From Candidatus Woesearchaeota archaeon (GTDB lineage: Archaea > Nanobdellota > Nanobdellia > Woesearchaeales > GW2011-AR15), in the NCBI GenBank assembly GCA_038874655.1, contig JAVZBY010000003.1, positions 140,036-204,035 on the forward strand: DNA of 64,000 nucleotides. The letters run 5' to 3'. The translations under genes and the position numbers were made by a program. Positions 51,202 to 61,576 of the stretch are shown piece after piece; position 1 is the first letter of the stretch; every line of letters starts with the position of its first letter. The notes under the pieces were generated by a model. It was not told the origin of the DNA and did not search any database. It saw only the letters and a list, made by a program, of their open reading frames with translations.

Positions 51202-51277
51202 ATAAAAATTTTTATTCGATTTTTTTATATTTTATAATTTAACAATTTTTATATACTTCTTTTGTTTATTATCATTT

Positions 51278-51862
51278 ATGTCAGATTTAAATTATGGAAA
51301 AACCTTAATAAAATATGCTAGAGAATCTATTGAAACCTATTTTTCTGGCAATAAACCAAACATTCCAGATGTTTTAAAAAATGACAAAGAAAAGAAAGGA
51401 GTTTTTGTTACTTTAGAAAAGAATGGTCACTTAAGGGGTTGTATTGGTTTTCCAGAGCCTGTTTATGAATTAAAAAAAGCAATTTTTGAGGCTGCTAGAG
51501 CCGCAGCATTTAAAGATCCTAGATTTATGCCATTAGAAGAAGACGAATTAGATTCTATAACAATAGAAATAAGTTTATTAACAAAACCTGTTTTAATTGA
51601 AGTAGAAAAACCTGAAGATTATTTGAAAAAAATAATAATTGGAAAACATGGTTTAATTATAAGAAATATGTATAATTCTGGTTTATTGTTACCACAAGTT
51701 TTTACTGAATACAAATGTAGCTCATTAGAAGCTTTAGAAATGGTATGTGAAAAAGCTGGATTAGATAAAGATGCTTGGAAAGAAGAGGAAAGTCAGATTT
51801 ATTCATTTGAAGCAGAAATTTTTTCAGAAAAAGAACCAAAAGGTGAAGTTATAAAAAAATAA
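51278..51862 (+). CDS. AMMECR1-family protein (AmmeMemoRadiSam protein A type)
   Basis: GVFVTL, LRGCIGFP, AAF.DPRF, G.HGL, GLLLPQV, KAGL; TATA TTTATATA at 51248-51255. Confidence 0.92.
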   Translation: MSDLNYGKTLIKYARESIETYFSGNKPNIPDVLKNDKEKKGVFVTLEKNGHLRGCIGFPEPVYELKKAIFEAARAAAFKDPRFMPLEEDELDSITIEISLLTKPVLIEVEKPEDYLKKIIIGKHGLIIRNMYNSGLLLPQVFTEYKCSSLEALEMVCEKAGLDKDAWKEEESQIYSFEAEIFSEKEPKGEVIKK

Positions 51863-51881
51863 AATGAATAAAAAATTAAAT

Positions 51882-51889
51882 TTTATATA
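51882..51889 (+). promoter_or_regulatory. Probable TATA box for leaderless mvaD transcript
   Basis: TTTATATA 24-31 nt upstream of ATG 51913. Confidence 0.45.
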
Positions 51890-51912
51890 TTAAAAATAAT
51901 ATTTAAAAATCT

Positions 51913-52863
51913 ATGAAAGCAACAGCAATAGCAAACTCAAATATAGCATTTCTTAAATACTGGGGAAAAAAAGATGATTCTCTTAATATTCCAATGAATC
52001 CTAGTATATCAATGACCCTTGATGAAAATATTTCTACAAAAACTTTTGTTGAGTTTACTAAAGAATTAAATGAAGATGAATTTTATTTAAATAATATAAA
52101 ACAAGAAGGAGAAAAATTAGATAGAGTAAAAAATTTTTTAGATATTGTGAGAAAAAAAGCAAATATTTCATTAAAAGCAAAAATAATTAGTGAAAATAAT
52201 TTTCCAACTGCATCTGGAATAGCTTCATCAGCTTCTGGTTTTGCTGCTTTAGCAGCTGCTTCAACAAAAGCATTAAACCTAAAAATAACTTTAAAAGAAC
52301 TCTCAAGTTTAGCAAGATTAGGCAGTGGAAGTGCTTGTAGAAGTATCTATGGTGGTTTTGTTGAATGGCAAAATGAATATGCAACACAAATAAAAGATGA
52401 AAAACATTGGCCAGAAATAAGAGATATAATTGTTTTAATATCAAATGATGAAAAAAAAATCAACTCTAGACAAGGAATGAAATTTACAAAAGAAACTAGT
52501 AAAAAATATCAAGAGAGGTTAAAAAGTATAAATCTAATCTATTTTAAGATAAAAAGAGCAATAATAAATAAAGATTTTATAAACTTAGCTGAAGCAATAA
52601 TGAAAGAATCTGATAATTTGAATGAATGTTTTTTAGATACAATTCCAAAATTAGATTATTTAAACGACAAATCATATGAAATAATAAAATTAATAAAACA
52701 AATTAACTCAAAAATAATTAAAGCTGCTTATACATTTGACGCTGGTCCAAATGCACATATTATAACATTAGAAAAATATTTACCTGAAATAGAAATAGAA
52801 TTAAAAAGAAAAAACTTTAATTATATAATTTCTAAATGTGGAAAAGGTGTTAGATATCTATGA
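51913..52863 (+). CDS. mvaD: Diphosphomevalonate decarboxylase
   Basis: NIAFLKYWGK, NNFPTASGIASSASGFAAL, ARLGSGSACRS, YTFDAGPN. Confidence 0.93.
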   Translation: MKATAIANSNIAFLKYWGKKDDSLNIPMNPSISMTLDENISTKTFVEFTKELNEDEFYLNNIKQEGEKLDRVKNFLDIVRKKANISLKAKIISENNFPTASGIASSASGFAALAAASTKALNLKITLKELSSLARLGSGSACRSIYGGFVEWQNEYATQIKDEKHWPEIRDIIVLISNDEKKINSRQGMKFTKETSKKYQERLKSINLIYFKIKRAIINKDFINLAEAIMKESDNLNECFLDTIPKLDYLNDKSYEIIKLIKQINSKIIKAAYTFDAGPNAHIITLEKYLPEIEIELKRKNFNYIISKCGKGVRYL

Positions 52864-53918
52864 AAGCAAAAGCATATGGTAAAATATTGATATTTGGTGC
52901 CTATTCAATTTTAGAACCAGGTAATTTAGGTTATGTTGCAACAATAAATAAAGGCACAACAACAGAAGTTAAAGAAACAGATTCTGGAAAATTAATAATT
53001 GACTTAACAAATTTTCAAATTTCCATTGAAGGAAATTTTAAAAATAACATTCTAAAACTTGAAAAAGAACATGATTCATTAAACTTTATAAAAAACGCAA
53101 TAAATTATTCATTCCAATATTTAGCATATAAAAAAGTAAAAATAAAAGATATAAAATTAACTTCAATAAACGACCAAATTTTTTCAATTAATAATCAAAA
53201 AACTGGCTTAGGTAGTAGTTCATGTTCTGTTGTTTCCACAGTTGCCTCAATTTTATCATTACATGATATTAATAATAGAGATATTGTTTTTAAAATATCT
53301 AGATATGCTCACTATAAAGCACAAAATAATTTAGGTAGTGGATACGATATAGCTTCTGCTTGTTTTGGAAGTCATTTTTTCATTTCTGACAACTTAACAC
53401 AAACCACAAACTTTTTTGACTATTTAAACCAAAAAGATAATTATATAAAAAAAGAATTTGAATTTCCACAATCCTTATTACCAATTTTAATATTTATAAA
53501 TAGACAAGTTTCAACAAAAGAATTCATTAAAAAAGCATTAATCTTTAAAAACAAAAAACCAAAAGAATATGAATCTTTTATGTATGAATATAATCAAATA
53601 AACAACAAAGTAAAAGAAGCTTTTGAATATAATGATATAAAAAAAATAAAAGATTTTCTAGAAGAAAGTTGGGCTAAAAGAAAAAAATTTGGTTTAATGG
53701 CGGAAATTCCTATTGAAACTGAGAGAGAAACAAATTTCATAAATAATATTAAACAAAAGGGTGCTTTCACAGCTGGAATTATAGGTGCTGGAGGTGATTC
53801 TATATTAGCATTATGTGATTCTAACTATAATAAACAACAATTAATTAAATTCCTAGAATCTAACGATTATAATTATGCTGACATTGACTTTAGCAATCAA
53901 GGTTATGAAATAACATAA
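52860..53918 (+). CDS. Phosphomevalonate kinase (GHMP, ERG8/MvaK2-like)
   Basis: AYGK..IFGAY.ILEP, KTGLGSSS, AHY.AQ...GSGYDIA, GAGGD; ATGA overlap with mvaD. Confidence 0.85.
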   Translation: MKAKAYGKILIFGAYSILEPGNLGYVATINKGTTTEVKETDSGKLIIDLTNFQISIEGNFKNNILKLEKEHDSLNFIKNAINYSFQYLAYKKVKIKDIKLTSINDQIFSINNQKTGLGSSSCSVVSTVASILSLHDINNRDIVFKISRYAHYKAQNNLGSGYDIASACFGSHFFISDNLTQTTNFFDYLNQKDNYIKKEFEFPQSLLPILIFINRQVSTKEFIKKALIFKNKKPKEYESFMYEYNQINNKVKEAFEYNDIKKIKDFLEESWAKRKKFGLMAEIPIETERETNFINNIKQKGAFTAGIIGAGGDSILALCDSNYNKQQLIKFLESNDYNYADIDFSNQGYEIT

Positions 53919-53982
53919 AAATTAATAATCATTTAGAGATTATACCAAAAATTTATATTTATTTTTCTATTTTAAAAAAAAT

Positions 53983-55038
53983 ATGAGTGGAATTGTGTCA
54001 TTTGGTAGTTATATTCCTATTTATAGGATAAAAGTTGAAGAAATTGCAAAAGCACATTCTCAAAACCCTGATAACATAAAAAAATCATTGAACATTGAAG
54101 AAAAATCTGTTCCAAATATTGATGAAGATTCTGCTACAATGGCAGTTGAAGCAGCAAAAAATTGCTTAATTCCCATTAAAGAGGATATAAATTACGAAGA
54201 CATAAATAGTATTTATATTGGAAGTGAATCTCATCCTTATGCTGTTAAACCAACAGGAACAATTGTGGCTGCTGCTCTTAACATAAAGAATTATTCTACT
54301 GCAGATTTAGAATTTGCTTGCAAAGCTGGAACAGAAGCAATAAAAATTGGTTTATCACAAGTAAAATCAAATTTTGTTAAATATTCTTTAGTAGGTGGCT
54401 CTGATACTGCACAATCAAAACCTGAAGATATTTTAGAATACACTGCTGCAGCAGGAAGCGCTATTTTTTTAATTGGAAGTTCAAATGTAATTGCTGAAAT
54501 AAAAAATTTTACTAGTTTTACATCTGACACTCCTGATTTTTGGCGTAGGCAACATGAAAAATATCCTAAACACGCTGGAACTTTTACAGGTGAACCTGCA
54601 TATTTTAAACACATAATAAATGCAACAAAACTCTTATTTCAAAAAGCAAAAACTAACCCAGAAGATTACAAATATGTTGTTTTTCATCAACCTAATGGAA
54701 AATTTCCTTTGGAAGTAGCTAAAATTTTAGGATTCAAAAAAGAACAAGTAATGCCAAGCATTTTAGTAAATAAAATTGGAAACACCTATTCAGGATCTTC
54801 ATTACTTGGATTATGTAAAATATTAGAAATTGCAAACCCTAATGATAGAATATTATTAACATCTTATGGTTCTGGCTCTGGAAGCGATAGTTTTGATATT
54901 ACAATAACTGATAAAATTATAGAATTTAGACAAAAAATAAAAAAACTAAAAATAAAAACATTAGACTATTATTTAAATAATAAAATATATATTGATTACA
55001 TTACCTATTTAAAAAACACAGGAAAACAACTATATTAA
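53983..55038 (+). CDS. Hydroxymethylglutaryl-CoA synthase (archaeal type)
   Basis: GSESHPYAVKP, DLEFACKAGT, TPDFWRR, FHQPNGKFP, GNTYSG, SYGSGSGSD. Confidence 0.93.
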   Translation: MSGIVSFGSYIPIYRIKVEEIAKAHSQNPDNIKKSLNIEEKSVPNIDEDSATMAVEAAKNCLIPIKEDINYEDINSIYIGSESHPYAVKPTGTIVAAALNIKNYSTADLEFACKAGTEAIKIGLSQVKSNFVKYSLVGGSDTAQSKPEDILEYTAAAGSAIFLIGSSNVIAEIKNFTSFTSDTPDFWRRQHEKYPKHAGTFTGEPAYFKHIINATKLLFQKAKTNPEDYKYVVFHQPNGKFPLEVAKILGFKKEQVMPSILVNKIGNTYSGSSLLGLCKILEIANPNDRILLTSYGSGSGSDSFDITITDKIIEFRQKIKKLKIKTLDYYLNNKIYIDYITYLKNTGKQLY

Positions 55039-55058
55039 AAAATTAAAATCTTAAAAAA

Positions 55059-56210
55059 ATGAGAAAAGTTGCAATAATAGGTATTGGCCAAATAAAATTT
55101 GGCTATCATTGGGATAAAGATGCTATTGATTTAGCAGTAGAAGCAGGAATTAAGGCAATCCATGATGCTGGCATACATAAAAAAGATGTTCAAGCAATTT
55201 ATGGAGGTATTATGTCAGGTGGATTATTTAATAATCAAGAGCATTTTGCAAGTATATTTTCTGATCACTTAGGTTTCAATAACATTCCAAGTGTTAGAGT
55301 TGAGGCTGCATGTGCTTCTGGAGGTTTGGCTTTAAGACAAGCATACATAGATGTTGCTTCAGGTTTTCATGATATTGTTGTTGCTGGTGGCGTAGAAAAA
55401 ATGACTGATTTAAACACAAACCAAATTACAAAAATTTTAGCAACTGCTTCTGACACTGAAAGAGAAGCCATATTCGGTGCAACTTTTCCAGGATTATATG
55501 CAATGATGGCAAAACTTCATATGCATAAATTCAATACAACAGAAGAGCAATTAGCCTATGTTTCTGTAAAAAATCATAAAAACGCTTTGAAAAACAAGTA
55601 CGCACAATTTCATAAAGAAATATCTATAGAAGATGTATTAAAATCACCAAAAATAGCAGATCCCTTAAAGTTATTGGATGCTTCTCCAATAAGTGATGGT
55701 GCAGCTGCTATTGTTTTAGCTAGTGAGGAAGTTGCAAAAAAATTCACTGACACTCCTATCTGGATAGCTGGAAGTGGTCATGCTACAGACGCAATAAGCT
55801 TACATGATAGAGAAGATTTACTAACAATAAAAGCAACTGTTGAAGCTGCAAAACAAGCATTTTTACAATCAAAATTAGAGCCAAAAGATATTCATGTTGC
55901 TGAAGTTCATGATTGTTTTACAATTGCTGAGTTATTGGCAATTGAAGACCTAGGGTTTGTAAAAAAAGGGCAAAGTGGTAAATTTGTTGAAGAAGGTCAA
56001 ACAGAAATTGGTGGAAAAATTCCAATAAATCCTAGTGGTGGTTTAAAAGCAAAAGGACATCCTGTTGGTGCAACTGGAATTGCACAAGCAATAGAAGCTG
56101 TTTTACAATTAAGAGGTGAAGCTTCTAATAATACAAATGCTGAAACAGCACTCACACAAAATGTTGGAGGCAGCGGTGGAACTGCTATTGTGCATATATT
56201 TAAAAAATAA
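55059..56210 (+). CDS. Acetoacetyl-CoA thiolase (archaeal type)
   Basis: [46 protein letters not shown]. Confidence 0.93.
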   Translation: MRKVAIIGIGQIKFGYHWDKDAIDLAVEAGIKAIHDAGIHKKDVQAIYGGIMSGGLFNNQEHFASIFSDHLGFNNIPSVRVEAACASGGLALRQAYIDVASGFHDIVVAGGVEKMTDLNTNQITKILATASDTEREAIFGATFPGLYAMMAKLHMHKFNTTEEQLAYVSVKNHKNALKNKYAQFHKEISIEDVLKSPKIADPLKLLDASPISDGAAAIVLASEEVAKKFTDTPIWIAGSGHATDAISLHDREDLLTIKATVEAAKQAFLQSKLEPKDIHVAEVHDCFTIAELLAIEDLGFVKKGQSGKFVEEGQTEIGGKIPINPSGGLKAKGHPVGATGIAQAIEAVLQLRGEASNNTNAETALTQNVGGSGGTAIVHIFKK

Positions 56211-56293
56211 TTTTAAAAAAATTGGTAAATAATTTAAAAATAAATTATTAAAAGTATAACAAATAAAATAATAACAAAAAAATTAAGATAAAA

Positions 56294-56698
56294 ATGAAAG
56301 TACCAAAAATTTGGAGAAAAATTCCTGAATATTATTGCTTAATTGGTAAAAAATGTAATGATTGCAATGAACTTTATTTTCCTGGGAGAAAAGTTTGTAA
56401 AAAATGCGGTTCTCTAAACTTAAGTGATTATCAATTTTCTGGGAAAGGAAAAATAATTACTTTTACAATTATAAGAACAACAACAGAATCAGAATCTGAA
56501 AAACCATTCAGAAAGCCACCTTATGCATTAGCTATTATTCAATTAGATGAAGGCCCTAAATTAACTGCTGAGATAGTAGATTCAAATTTTGAGGACATAG
56601 AAATTGGTAAAAATGTTGAATTTGTATTTAGAAAAATATTAGAGTATGATGAAAAAGGTGTAATTCAATATGGTTATAAATTCAAGCTCACAGAATAA
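56294..56698 (+). CDS. DUF35 Zn-ribbon/OB-fold scaffold of the thiolase-HMGCS complex
   Basis: CNDC...FP.R..CKKCGS, G.I.TFT, PYALAII.L.EG, YGYKF. Confidence 0.92.
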   Translation: MKVPKIWRKIPEYYCLIGKKCNDCNELYFPGRKVCKKCGSLNLSDYQFSGKGKIITFTIIRTTTESESEKPFRKPPYALAIIQLDEGPKLTAEIVDSNFEDIEIGKNVEFVFRKILEYDEKGVIQYGYKFKLTE

Positions 56699-57968
56699 AA
56701 AATTAAACTCAATAGAAAATAAAAAAAAAGAAAAAAACCATAGTGATGAAGAACTATTAAATTTATTATTAAGTGAAAAGATAAAATTACATGAATTAGA
56801 TTCATTAAGTGAAAATGCTGATAAAATTAGATTGGTCTATTTAGAAAAGAAATTAAATTTAAGTTTAGATGGCATATCAAAATCAATCTTATCATTGGAA
56901 GATTGCAAAGGAAACATTGAAAATTTAATTGGCACATGTCAAATTCCATTAGGTATATCTGGCCCAGTTTTAATTAATGGCAATTATGCTAAAGGTTTTT
57001 TTTATTTGCCATTAGCAACTACTGAAGGTGCATTAGTTGCTTCTGTAAATAGAGGTTGCAAAATAATAAACCAAAGTGGTGGTGCTAAAACAATCATTCT
57101 AAGTAATGAACAAACTAGATCATTATTATTTAAATCAAATGATATATATGAATTAAAAGAATTCTCAGATTGGATAGAACAAAATTTTGAAACTTTAAAA
57201 AAAATAGGAGAAGAAACATCAAATCATATAGAAATTAAAAAAATTGAAACCTATATTTTAGGACTAAATATTTGGCTTAGATTAAAAGCCTTTACTAATG
57301 AAGCAATGGGTATGAATATGATAACAATCGCAGGAAAAAAAATCGCAGATTACATCATAGAAAATTATATAAAAAAAGAGCATAAATCTATAATCTTTAT
57401 ATCTGAATCTGGAAATTTGTGTGTTGATAAAAAACCGAGTTTTATGAATTTAATAAATACAAGAGGAAAAAAAGTAATTGCTTCAATTAACATTAATGAA
57501 AAAGACATAAATGAAATATTAAAAACCACAAGTGATAAATTAATTGACATAAATTACAGAAAAAATTTACTAGGTAGTGCTTTTGCAGGTTCTTTAGGTT
57601 TTAATGCGCATTTTGCAAATATTATCGCAGCAATGTTTTTAGCAACAGGACAGGATTTAGCTCATGTTGTTGATGGTTCTCTCGGATTCACAACAATAGA
57701 AAAAATTGAAAATCAAAATAACAAAAATAAATCTACAATAAACATTTCAATTACTATTCCAAGTTTACAAGTTGGCACTATTGGTGGTGGCACTAAATTA
57801 AAAACACAAAAAGAATGTCTCTCTATTTTAAGTTGTGAAGGTAAAAATAGTTCGTTAAAATTGGCTGAAATAATTGCAGTTGCAGTTTTAGCGGGTGAGA
57901 TTTCATTATTAAGTGCTCTAACAACAAAAGAATTAGCTGAAGCACATAAAAAACTAAACAGAAAATAA
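56670..57968 (+). CDS. hmgA: HMG-CoA reductase, class I (NADPH)
   Basis: IENLIG, PLATTEGALVAS.NRG, AMGMNM, SGN.C.DKK, ATGQD.AH, GTIGGGT, LAGE.SL. Confidence 0.95.
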   Translation: MVINSSSQNKKLNSIENKKKEKNHSDEELLNLLLSEKIKLHELDSLSENADKIRLVYLEKKLNLSLDGISKSILSLEDCKGNIENLIGTCQIPLGISGPVLINGNYAKGFFYLPLATTEGALVASVNRGCKIINQSGGAKTIILSNEQTRSLLFKSNDIYELKEFSDWIEQNFETLKKIGEETSNHIEIKKIETYILGLNIWLRLKAFTNEAMGMNMITIAGKKIADYIIENYIKKEHKSIIFISESGNLCVDKKPSFMNLINTRGKKVIASININEKDINEILKTTSDKLIDINYRKNLLGSAFAGSLGFNAHFANIIAAMFLATGQDLAHVVDGSLGFTTIEKIENQNNKNKSTINISITIPSLQVGTIGGGTKLKTQKECLSILSCEGKNSSLKLAEIIAVAVLAGEISLLSALTTKELAEAHKKLNRK

Positions 57969-58014
57969 AAATTTAAAATTATAAAAAACAATTACAAAAA
58001 ATATAATTACAAAA

Positions 58015-58716
58015 ATGAAAATTCTAACTCAAAATATGTGGCTATTGCCATTTGGTTTCTCAAAAGATAATAAAAAAAGATTAAAACTTTTAGTTGATTA
58101 CATAGAAAAAAATGAGATTGATATAATCTGCTTACAAGAAGTATGGAAAAACAGTTATATTAGTTATCTTAAAAAAAATATTAAAAAAAAATATTTTTTT
58201 TCGTATAACAAAACAAAATTTTGGAATAAAAGTGGTTTAATTTGTTTAACTAAAATTAAACCAAAAAATGTAGAATTTTTTGAATTTAAAAAATCAAAAG
58301 ATAATCCTCTTATCAATAAAATTGCTAAAAGAGGATTTCTAAAACTAAGTTTTAAAGAATATGATATATATAACACACACTTATATTATAAGACTGATAT
58401 AAAAATAGGATTAAAAATTGCATTAAAAGAATTTGAACAATTAAAAAAAAATATCCATAGATTTTCAATTATTTGTGGTGATTTAAACATTGATAAAAAA
58501 ATCTTTGATAAAATTAATACTTTTTATTATGCAGATAATATAGAAAACACATTTTCTTCAAAAAATAAATACTCAAAAAAATGGTGGGAGAAAAAAGTAA
58601 TTTTAGATAAAAAAATAGATTATATCTTGACAACAAAAAAAGTAAATTTTAAATCATATGCTATTGAAGGTTTATCTGATCATGAAGGTATTTTAAGCGA
58701 GATAATACTAAATTAA
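58015..58716 (+). CDS. Endonuclease/exonuclease/phosphatase (EEP) family hydrolase
   Basis: TQN, DIICLQEV, NTHL, GDLN, IDYI, SDH motifs all present. Confidence 0.88.
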   Translation: MKILTQNMWLLPFGFSKDNKKRLKLLVDYIEKNEIDIICLQEVWKNSYISYLKKNIKKKYFFSYNKTKFWNKSGLICLTKIKPKNVEFFEFKKSKDNPLINKIAKRGFLKLSFKEYDIYNTHLYYKTDIKIGLKIALKEFEQLKKNIHRFSIICGDLNIDKKIFDKINTFYYADNIENTFSSKNKYSKKWWEKKVILDKKIDYILTTKKVNFKSYAIEGLSDHEGILSEIILN

Positions 58717-58834
58717 TATTTATATGAATTTAGTATTTTTTAACTTTTATATATAAACTTGTACAATAATTATTACTATAAAAATAAAATATAATAAAGT
58801 TAGTTTTTTATAGTTTAGATTTATTCATTAAATT

Positions 58835-59719
58835 ATGAGTATAACAGCAAAAGCATGTGCAAAATCAATATTACTTGGAGAACATGCTGTTGTATATGGA
58901 AAATATGGAATTTCTATCCCAATAAAATCTTTATATACCTTAGCAACTGCTTCAAATGAAAATTATAACTTTGAAACCGATAAAGAATTAGACGAAGAAG
59001 AATATAAAAAATTAAGTAAAGTTCTAAAACTAGTTTATGAAAAATTAAATAAAAAAATATCTATAAAAATTGAGTCCAATATTCCAACAGCATCTGGTTT
59101 AGGGAGTAGTGCTTCTTTATGCATTGCTATAATAAGAGCTATTTCAAATTATTACAAATTAAATTTAGAAAATGAAAAAATAAATGAAATAGCATTTGAG
59201 TGCGAAAAAATTTTTCATGGAACACCAAGTGGTATAGATAATACAACTATCGTTTATGAAAAACCAATATTATTCAAAAAAGGGAAATTTGAATTCATAA
59301 ATTTAAAAAAACCATTACACTTAATAATCGCAAATTCAGGAATAAAATCTAAAACAAAAGAAGTTGTTGAAGAAGTCAAAAAAAATTATCTAAAAAATGA
59401 AAATAAATATTCTGAAATTTTTGAAAAAATAAATGAAATTTCATTAGAAGCAAAAATCGCATTAGAAAAAAATGATTTAAAAAAATTGGGAAAACTTATG
59501 GTAAAAAACCATGAACTTTTATGCTCAATTGATTTATCAAATACAGAAATTAATAATTTAGTAAATAAATCTTTAAAAAATGGTGCATTTGGCTCTAAAT
59601 TAGTAGGTTCAGGAAAAGGTGGAAATATAATTGCCTTAGTTGATGAAAAAAATAAATTAAAAGTTTATAATTCTCTAAAAGAAATATCCAAAGAAGTTTA
59701 TATGTGTGTTATTACTTAA
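58835..59719 (+). CDS. mvk: Mevalonate kinase
   Basis: K.ILLGEHAVVYG, P..SGLGSSA, E..FHG.PSGID, KL.GSG.GG. Confidence 0.93.
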   Translation: MSITAKACAKSILLGEHAVVYGKYGISIPIKSLYTLATASNENYNFETDKELDEEEYKKLSKVLKLVYEKLNKKISIKIESNIPTASGLGSSASLCIAIIRAISNYYKLNLENEKINEIAFECEKIFHGTPSGIDNTTIVYEKPILFKKGKFEFINLKKPLHLIIANSGIKSKTKEVVEEVKKNYLKNENKYSEIFEKINEISLEAKIALEKNDLKKLGKLMVKNHELLCSIDLSNTEINNLVNKSLKNGAFGSKLVGSGKGGNIIALVDEKNKLKVYNSLKEISKEVYMCVIT

Positions 59720-59723
59720 AAAA

Positions 59724-60911
59724 ATGAAAATGAAAAAAAATAAGAATCTAAAAAAAACTTTTAAAACTATAACTGAATATGAAAAATTAAAAGATTATTT
59801 TAATCAAGAATTTGAAAAATTTTTAACTAATGACTTAAAAAAATTTGAAAAAAATCTTTCTATTTCAAAAACAAACAAAAAGCATTTAACTTTTTTTTAT
59901 GAGTTAATAAAAGATTATGCATTAAACAATGGAAAAAGATTAAGACCTATATTTTTAATTTTAACTTATAAAATTTATTCTAAAAAAGTTAATTCTAATA
60001 GAGAAGATAGTATAAAAAAAATTTTATTACCTAGTTTTGCAATAGAATTAATTCATACATACAGTTTAATTTTAGATGACATAATGGACGAAGATGAATT
60101 TAGAAGAAATAAAAAAACTGTTTATAAAAAAGTAAAAGATTATTATTTAGAAAATTTTAAAGAAATAAATTACAACGGTTCTTTATTCAATAAAAGATCG
60201 AATAAATTTGCTAATTCATTTTCAATTATGCTAGGTAATTTAACCAGAATTTTAGCAACTGAATGTTTAATAAATAGTGATTTTTCATCTCAACAAAAAT
60301 TAAAGGCCATTAAACTATTAGAAGAAACTGATAAATTAATCTATCAAGGACAAATGTTAGATATCTTATTTGAAAATATAACTTATAATAATACTTCTTT
60401 TATATCTGAAAAAGATTATATTAAAATGATAGTATTAAAAACTGGCGTTTTATTTTCTTTATGTTTTGAATTAGGTTTATTATTAGCACATAATAATCAA
60501 AAAAATTTTTCAAATAATAAAAATTTAATTAATCAAATTGAAAAAATTAAAAAAGCCTCTCTATATTGGGCAATTGCTTTTCAGATAAATGATGATATAT
60601 TAGATATTGATATGAATAACAAAAAAGGACACGAAATTGGAAGCGATTTAAAAAAACAAAAAAAGACATTACTATTAATAAAGGCACTAGATATTTTAAA
60701 AAAAAATAATGACAATGATAAAATAAAGTTTTTATTAAATTTAAACCCAGATAGCAGTAATGAAGAAATAAAAAAAGCTATTCAAATCATTAATGAAACA
60801 TCATTGAGTTATGTAAAAAATTTAAAAGATAGATATTATAAAAATTCTAAAAAATTATTCAAAGAAACAAGATTACATGAAATATTCAATTTTCTAGAAA
60901 AATTTATTTAA
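59724..60911 (+). CDS. Trans-isoprenyl diphosphate synthase (probably short chain, GGPP/FPP)
   Basis: GKRLRP, FARM YSLILDDIMD...RR, GQ.LD, KTG, SARM FQINDDILD; aromatic residue five before FARM. Confidence 0.9.
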   Translation: MKMKKNKNLKKTFKTITEYEKLKDYFNQEFEKFLTNDLKKFEKNLSISKTNKKHLTFFYELIKDYALNNGKRLRPIFLILTYKIYSKKVNSNREDSIKKILLPSFAIELIHTYSLILDDIMDEDEFRRNKKTVYKKVKDYYLENFKEINYNGSLFNKRSNKFANSFSIMLGNLTRILATECLINSDFSSQQKLKAIKLLEETDKLIYQGQMLDILFENITYNNTSFISEKDYIKMIVLKTGVLFSLCFELGLLLAHNNQKNFSNNKNLINQIEKIKKASLYWAIAFQINDDILDIDMNNKKGHEIGSDLKKQKKTLLLIKALDILKKNNDNDKIKFLLNLNPDSSNEEIKKAIQIINETSLSYVKNLKDRYYKNSKKLFKETRLHEIFNFLEKFI

Positions 60912-60928
60912 AATTTAAAAAAATAAAA

Positions 60929-61459
60929 CTAAATCAAAGATATAACTTCATCTATAATAATTCTTAACCATGGTGTATAATTATCTCTGCTTTTTTCTAT
61001 ATCTCTTTTCAAATCATTAAGAGAAATCCATTTATAATCAATAACTTCATATTTATTTGGCTTTATTTTTATATTGCTATTAACAAAACCAAAAAAAACA
61101 ATATCATATTCATGTTCTATTAAATTATTATCTAATCTGGCTCTATAAATAAAATTAAATTTTTTTTCTAAATTGCAAGTAAACCCCATTTCTTCTAATA
61201 ATCTTTTTTCTGCTTCATTTTTTATTAAGTTTTCATCCTCAGAAATTGGATGACTACAACATGTATTGCTCCATAAATAACTAGAATGATATTTTTCCGC
61301 TCTTTTTTGTAATAACAATTCTTTTTTTTCATTAAAAACAAAAATAGAAAAAGCTCTATGAAGTAATCCTTTTTTATGTGCATCTAATTTCTCTAATTTA
61401 CCTAAAATTTGATTTTTTTCATTGACTAACAGAACATATTTTTTTTTTATATCTTTCAT
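60929..61459 (-). CDS. idi: Isopentenyl-diphosphate delta-isomerase, type 1 (Nudix fold)
   Basis: K..AH..G.LHRAFSIF, NTCCSHP, RL.EEMG, EHEYD, TPW. Confidence 0.95.
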   Translation of the reverse strand: MKDIKKKYVLLVNEKNQILGKLEKLDAHKKGLLHRAFSIFVFNEKKELLLQKRAEKYHSSYLWSNTCCSHPISEDENLIKNEAEKRLLEEMGFTCNLEKKFNFIYRARLDNNLIEHEYDIVFFGFVNSNIKIKPNKYEVIDYKWISLNDLKRDIEKSRDNYTPWLRIIIDEVISLI

Positions 61460-61576
61460 ATTATCACAAAATAAGAAATTTATAATCTTTTAAAAATAAT
61501 TTCTTTTTAAATAATTATATTAAAAATAGCGTAATAAACAAAAAATTATTTAAAGTTTCATTCTATATGCTATTTT

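Noticed and set aside
49133-51862. KamA-like enzyme as the radical SAM component of an AmmeMemoRadiSam system
   Set aside because: That component belongs to a different radical SAM family; this protein has aminomutase PLP motifs and is separated from AMMECR1 by unrelated genes
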